Source: Candidatus Latescibacterota bacterium (lineage in GTDB: Bacteria; Latescibacterota; UBA2968; GCA-2709665). From it: a stretch of DNA of 64,000 nucleotides. Below, piece after piece: positions 59,835 to 64,000 of this stretch (the first letter of the stretch is position 1; each line of letters starts with the position of its first letter). The notes under the pieces are model-generated. The model searched no databases and was not told the origin of the DNA. It saw nothing but the letters and a program-made list of their open reading frames with translations. The stretch is taken from positions 1,536,001 through 1,600,000 of the forward strand of contig OZ242180.1 of the NCBI GenBank assembly GCA_965205485.1, read 5' to 3'. The translations under genes were made by a program, and so were the position numbers.

Positions 59835-59993
59835 CCACAAAAGGCACAAAAACACAAAAGGCCACCCCTTCCGTATCACGTCCATTCCTGGATACTTGGG
59901 GTCACCGGATATGTACGGAATTTTCATCCATTGCGACGACCTCGATACGACGTTTCGCACCGAAATCTTCTGTGTCTTTTGTGCTTTTTGTGG
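59835..59993. repeat. Paired inverted arms of three CACAAAA units with a 106-bp spacer
   Basis: CCACAAAAGGCACAAAAACACAAAAG (59835-59860) / CTTCTGTGTCTTTTGTGCTTTTTGTGG (59967-59993). Confidence 0.75.
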
Positions 59994-60144
59994 CCAGTTT
60001 TACGGTTATCTTTTATGAATTGAGGTTAATCACGGACCAAATCGCTTGACAGAATGTGTTCTGGAACCATATTCGGGACCGTCCTGTACCGACAGGCATT
60101 CCCTAGTGTTTTTCATTCCTATCCATCGGATGAGGGAGGTCGAC

Positions 60145-60963
60145 GTGGCTGTTCTGGATGCCGAAGCGTTGGATTTCTGGGAGGAAAACGGATACGTTGT
60201 GGTGCCCGAGGCTGTGCCTCCGGAAAACTGCCGTGAGGCGGAGGCGGTCGTGTGGGCCTTTCTGGGCATGGACGCCACAGATCCGGACACATGGTATCCG
60301 GAGCCGCCGAGGCCGGGCATCATGGTTGAAATGTACCAGCATCAGGCGCTGTGGGACAACCGGCAGTACCCGAGGGTTCACGGTGCATTTGCGGATGTCT
60401 GGGGAACCGAAAAACTCTGGGTGAGTTTCGACAGGACGAGTCTGAATCCGCCGGAACGACCCGGCTTCAGTTTCAAGGGTCCCTATTTGCACTGGGATAT
60501 TTCACTGGATGATCCGTCGCGCTTCATGGTTCAGGGCGTGCTGTACCTGTCAGATACGGCGGCGAACCAGGGCGCGTTTACGTGCATACCGGGCTTCCAT
60601 CGGCGGATTGAGGGCTGGCTGGAGACGCTATCGGAAGGGGACGACCCCAGGCGGCGGATGCAGGAGGAATTCGGACATCAGGCCAAGCCGATCGCTGGCA
60701 GGGAGGGCGATCTTGTGATCTGGCACAGTTTGTTGCCGCACGGAAGCAGTCCCAACTCGGCCGACCGGCCGCGCATCGCGCAATACATCACGATGACTCC
60801 TGCAAGGGAAGGGGACAAGTCGCATAGGGAGAGCCGCATCGAGGGCTGGCGCGAACGTCTCACGGGACTGGGCAAGAACCAGAAGGAAAAGGAACACCTG
60901 GAAGGTGAAACGGCACGGTTGTCGCCGCTCGGGCGAAAGCTGCTGGGCCTCGATCGCTGGTAG
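60145..60963 (+). CDS. PhyH-family dioxygenase
   Basis: FWEENGY, LHWD, QGVLYLSD, GDLVIWH..LPHGS; GTG start after GGGAGG. Confidence 0.9.
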   Translation: MAVLDAEALDFWEENGYVVVPEAVPPENCREAEAVVWAFLGMDATDPDTWYPEPPRPGIMVEMYQHQALWDNRQYPRVHGAFADVWGTEKLWVSFDRTSLNPPERPGFSFKGPYLHWDISLDDPSRFMVQGVLYLSDTAANQGAFTCIPGFHRRIEGWLETLSEGDDPRRRMQEEFGHQAKPIAGREGDLVIWHSLLPHGSSPNSADRPRIAQYITMTPAREGDKSHRESRIEGWRERLTGLGKNQKEKEHLEGETARLSPLGRKLLGLDRW

Positions 60964-60970
60964 CTCTTGG

Positions 60971-61045
60971 CCGCTCCCTGAGCTGCCACCCTGAGCCCGT
61001 CGAAGGGCAGAGCAACCCGCGCATTTCGACAAGCTCAGCACAGGC
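60971..61045. repeat. CTGAGC..CGAAGG / TTCGACAAGCTCA repeat (copy 2)
   Basis: CCGCTCCCTGAGC...CTGAGCCCGTCGAAGGG...TTTCGACAAGCTCAGCACAGGC. Confidence 0.75.
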
Positions 61046-61125
61046 AATGACCACGCAGCGAGACGAGACGAATCGTCGGCAGAGTCGAAACATCTACTGG
61101 GACGGGACATTGCCCGTGACGATCC

Positions 61126-61326
61126 ATGATCATTCGCCACGAAAACCGCGAGTTCAGGCTGGTTGCCAGGCATGACGGCGACTTCTGGCTCGTCGAGGTC
61201 TTTGAGATCGTGGACGGTACGCAGCGACTGCGCTTTGAGTACAAGCTGAACGCGCCGCGGGACGAAACAGCGGCACTCGAACGGGCGTGGGAACTCTTCT
61301 CGGCGCGCAATCTCGCGAAGGGATGA
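61126..61326 (+). CDS. Small hypothetical protein (66 aa)
   Basis: Protein-like composition and host-like codons; fills the gap before the dnaK terminator. Confidence 0.55.
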   Translation: MIIRHENREFRLVARHDGDFWLVEVFEIVDGTQRLRFEYKLNAPRDETAALERAWELFSARNLAKG

Positions 61327-61360
61327 ACGATAGCAAAAGCGCCATCGTATAGCCATGCGC

Positions 61361-61403
61361 AAACAAAAAAGCGGAGACGATTCACATGTGAATCGTCTCC
61401 GCT
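61361..61403 (-). terminator. dnaK intrinsic terminator
   Basis: Perfect 34-bp palindrome 61370-61403 followed by TTTTTGTTT on the minus strand. Confidence 0.85.
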
Positions 61404-61422
61404 GTTCGTTTTCTATTGTGTA

Positions 61423-63351
61423 TCACTTCTTTTTGTCGTCATCCACGACTTCGTATTCGGCGTCAACCACGCCGTCATCCTGCTTCTGCTCGCCTGCTGC
61501 CTGCCCCGGTTCCCCGGGACCCCCCGGAGCCCCGGCCTCGGGACCCGCCTGCGAGGCCTGCGCATAGAGTTCGCTGGCCACCTGGTGCCACTCCTGGGTG
61601 AGCGCTTCGGTGGCGGATTTGATCTCGTCCGGATTCTCGCCCTTCAGCGTTTCCTTCACCCGGTCCACCGCAGCCTGCACCTTAGCTTTGGCGTCTTCGT
61701 TGATCTTGTCGCCCATTTCTTCGAGCTGTTTTTCGGTCTGGTAGACCTGCTGGTCCGCCTGGTTGCGAACCTCGATGCTCTCCCGCCGTTTCTTGTCTTC
61801 CGCGGCGTTTTCCTGGGCGTCGCTCACCATCCGGTCGATTTCCGCGTCGGAAAGACCCGAGGAAGCCTCGATGCGAATGCTTTGTTCCTTGTTCGTGCCC
61901 ATGTCTTTGGCGGACACGTTCATGATCCCGTTGGCGTCGATATCGAAGCTGACTTCGATCTGGGGGGTGCCACGTGGCGCAGGCGGGATGCCGTCCAGGT
62001 GAAACCGGCCGATCGTACGGTTGTCAACCGCCATATCCCGTTCGCCCTGGAGCACGTGCACCTCAACCGAAGGCTGGCTGTCGGCGGCGGTCGTGAATAC
62101 CTGGGACTTCTTCGTGGGGATGGTGGTGTTGCGATCGATGAGTTTCGTCATTACGCTGCCCAGCGTCTCGATTCCGAGAGAAAGGGGCGTCACATCCAGC
62201 AGTACCACGTCCTTGACGTCGCCCGACAGCACGCCGGCCTGGATCGCGGCGCCTACCGCGACCACTTCGTCCGGATTCACGCCCCGGTTCGGATCCTTGC
62301 CGAAGAGTTCCTTGACTGCCTCCTGGACTTTGGGAATGCGGGTGCTTCCGCCAACCAGAATGACCTCGTTGATCTCCGACGGAGAAAGTCCCGCGTCCTT
62401 GATCGCCTGGATACACGGCCTTTTGGTACGTTCGACCAGGTCTTCCACGAGTTGCTCGAATTTCGCCCTGGACAGGGTCAGGTTCATATGCTTGGGACCT
62501 GACGCATCGGCCGTGACAAAGGGCAGGTTGACATCCGTCTGCAGGGAACTGGAAAGCTCGCATTTGGCCTTTTCGGCCGCTTCCTTCAGCCGCTGCAGCG
62601 CCATCGGGTCGTTGCGCAGGTCAATGTTGTTCTCCCGCTGGAATTCATCCGCGAGCCAGTCGATGATGCGATGATCGAAGTCGTCGCCGCCAAGGTGGGT
62701 GTCCCCGTTGGTGGACTTGACTTCGAATACGCCGTCGCCCAGTTCCAGAATGGAAATGTCGAACGTTCCGCCGCCCAGATCGTAGACGGCGATGATCTCA
62801 TCGGCTTTCTTGTCGAGGCCATAGGCCAGGGACGCGGCCGTGGGCTCGTTGACGATGCGTCTCACCTCCAGGCCGGCGATCTTCCCCGCGTCCGTGGTGG
62901 CCTTCCGCTGTGCGTCGTTGAAGTACGCCGGAACCGTGATGACGGCGTCCGTAACGGTTTCGCCAAGGTATTCTTCGGCCGTCTGTTTCATTTTCTGAAG
63001 GACCATGGCCGAGATCTCGGGAGGGGTATACGTCTTGTCGCCCAGTTTTGCCGTAGCAAGACCGTTGCTGTCTCTCTGGACTTCGTACGGGACTTCCTCG
63101 ATTTCGCTGGGCACTTCCTCATAACGCCTGCCCATGAAGCGTTTGATGGAGTAAACCGTATTCTGAGGGTTCGTCACCGCCTGTCGTTTTGCCACCTGAC
63201 CTACGAGGCGTTCGTCGTCCTTGGCGAAAGCGATCACCGACGGGGTGGTACGCCCGCCCTCGGCATTGGGAATCACGACAGGATCGCCACCCTCCATTAC
63301 GGCCACGCAGGAATTGGTCGTTCCCAGGTCGATTCCGATGACTTTGCCCAT
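61423..63351 (-). CDS. dnaK: Chaperone DnaK
   Basis: [32 protein letters not shown] tail. Confidence 0.99.
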   Translation of the reverse strand: MGKVIGIDLGTTNSCVAVMEGGDPVVIPNAEGGRTTPSVIAFAKDDERLVGQVAKRQAVTNPQNTVYSIKRFMGRRYEEVPSEIEEVPYEVQRDSNGLATAKLGDKTYTPPEISAMVLQKMKQTAEEYLGETVTDAVITVPAYFNDAQRKATTDAGKIAGLEVRRIVNEPTAASLAYGLDKKADEIIAVYDLGGGTFDISILELGDGVFEVKSTNGDTHLGGDDFDHRIIDWLADEFQRENNIDLRNDPMALQRLKEAAEKAKCELSSSLQTDVNLPFVTADASGPKHMNLTLSRAKFEQLVEDLVERTKRPCIQAIKDAGLSPSEINEVILVGGSTRIPKVQEAVKELFGKDPNRGVNPDEVVAVGAAIQAGVLSGDVKDVVLLDVTPLSLGIETLGSVMTKLIDRNTTIPTKKSQVFTTAADSQPSVEVHVLQGERDMAVDNRTIGRFHLDGIPPAPRGTPQIEVSFDIDANGIMNVSAKDMGTNKEQSIRIEASSGLSDAEIDRMVSDAQENAAEDKKRRESIEVRNQADQQVYQTEKQLEEMGDKINEDAKAKVQAAVDRVKETLKGENPDEIKSATEALTQEWHQVASELYAQASQAGPEAGAPGGPGEPGQAAGEQKQDDGVVDAEYEVVDDDKKK

Positions 63352-63386
63352 TTCTAGTATTCCTTTCTATTTGATAACGGCGTGAT

Positions 63387-63680
63387 TTATGCCGCCTTTT
63401 CCTTGCTCTTTGATTTTGCGCCGCTGCCGCTTTTTTCCTTCTTGTCCTTTTTCTTGTCTTTAGGGGCGTCCTTCTTTGCCGCCTCCTTGTATCCTTCGCT
63501 CCGGTAGTCGGTAATGTAGAAACCCGATCCCTTGAATATGAGTCCCGCACCGGCGCCGATGAGCCGTTTCAGCTTACGTTCGCCGCACTCCGGACACTTG
63601 CGAAGCGGCGGCGAAGTAATGCTCTGAAAGTGTTCAAATTCATGGCTGCACGCTTCACAAGCGTAGTCATACGTAGGCAT
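63387..63680 (-). CDS. FmdB-family zinc-ribbon protein
   Basis: MPTYDYAC..C...CPECG, IFKGSGFYITDY, Lys-rich tail. Confidence 0.9.
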   Translation of the reverse strand: MPTYDYACEACSHEFEHFQSITSPPLRKCPECGERKLKRLIGAGAGLIFKGSGFYITDYRSEGYKEAAKKDAPKDKKKDKKEKSGSGAKSKSKEKAA

Positions 63681-63738
63681 AAACGGCTTCCTTTTTCTGA
63701 GTGCTTCGAATTGATAGTGAATCCGACGGTCCATTTAA

Positions 63739-63755
63739 AGCAACATGAGTACCAA
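63739..63755 (-). promoter_or_regulatory. Putative sigma54 (-24/-12) promoter for fmdB-dnaK
   Basis: Minus strand TTGGTACTCATGTTGCT gives GG-N10-GC. Confidence 0.65.
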
Positions 63756-63849
63756 GGCATTAAAAGCACACTGAAATATATGAAAAACAAGCAGATATCA
63801 GATTATACGCGTATTCTGCGTCCGCCCGTAACCTGTCTTTTTTGCATAA

Positions 63850-63868
63850 ATATGCCATTTTGGCATAT
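63850..63868. promoter_or_regulatory. Palindromic putative upstream activator site
   Basis: ATATGCCA-TTT-TGGCATAT about 100 bp upstream of the sigma54 motif. Confidence 0.55.
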
Positions 63869-63945
63869 ACAAGAAGGAATGGCTGCATACTTTGCAGCCA
63901 TCCTTGTGTCCGAGAAATCTATCAACGATGTCAGCGCCATTTCGT

Positions 63946-63970
63946 GGGCGACCACAAGGTTCGCCCCTAC
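63946..63970 (-). repeat. GTAG-type REP unit
   Basis: GTAGGGGCGAACCTTGTGGTCGCCC, same family as 7164-7271. Confidence 0.75.
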
Positions 63971-64000
63971 AAATCGAAATATGGCGCAGCAACCCGGCCC

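Noticed and set aside
63690..63760. CIRCE element upstream of dnaK
   Set aside because: Only half-site-like words (GAGTGCT, GAGTACCAA); no TTAGCACTC-N9-GAGTGCTAA.

Overview
A ~60% GC bacterial chromosome segment. A PorV/PorQ-type gene, three PhyH dioxygenases, a heparinase-like gene, an OPT-like membrane protein and HEAT repeats suggest an FCB-group lineage such as Ca. Latescibacterota or Gemmatimonadota, possibly sponge-associated (inference only). Core genes: polA, proS, tgt-yajC-fmt, kdgK-eda-ROK kinase, a hisC-like gene, a TrmH methylase, dnaK, and a full ccm cytochrome c maturation operon with a Cys-type CcmE. Accessory content: a TRAP transporter, DsbD, UbiD, several hydrolases and a 10 kb orphan catabolic cluster. 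Two real genes are missing from the ORF track: a secreted tandem-Cache protein running off the left edge and a 56-aa ccmD. No rRNA, tRNA, CRISPR array, transposase or integrase was seen. The most notable features are: (i) at least five families of small non-coding repeats, namely two MITE-like families sharing an internal AAGGCG/AACGCA hairpin motif, GTAG REPs, self-nested CTGAGC/TTCGAC repeats, and elements with three 9-bp-period terminal units (one expanded into a 250-bp array); (ii) a low-GC cassette with its own promoter and terminator encoding DUF2188 plus a divergent ClpP-like protease, a candidate undescribed system; (iii) a sigma54-type promoter with a palindromic upstream site for fmdB-dnaK; (iv) a TGT with an altered substrate pocket and a possible AUC start.
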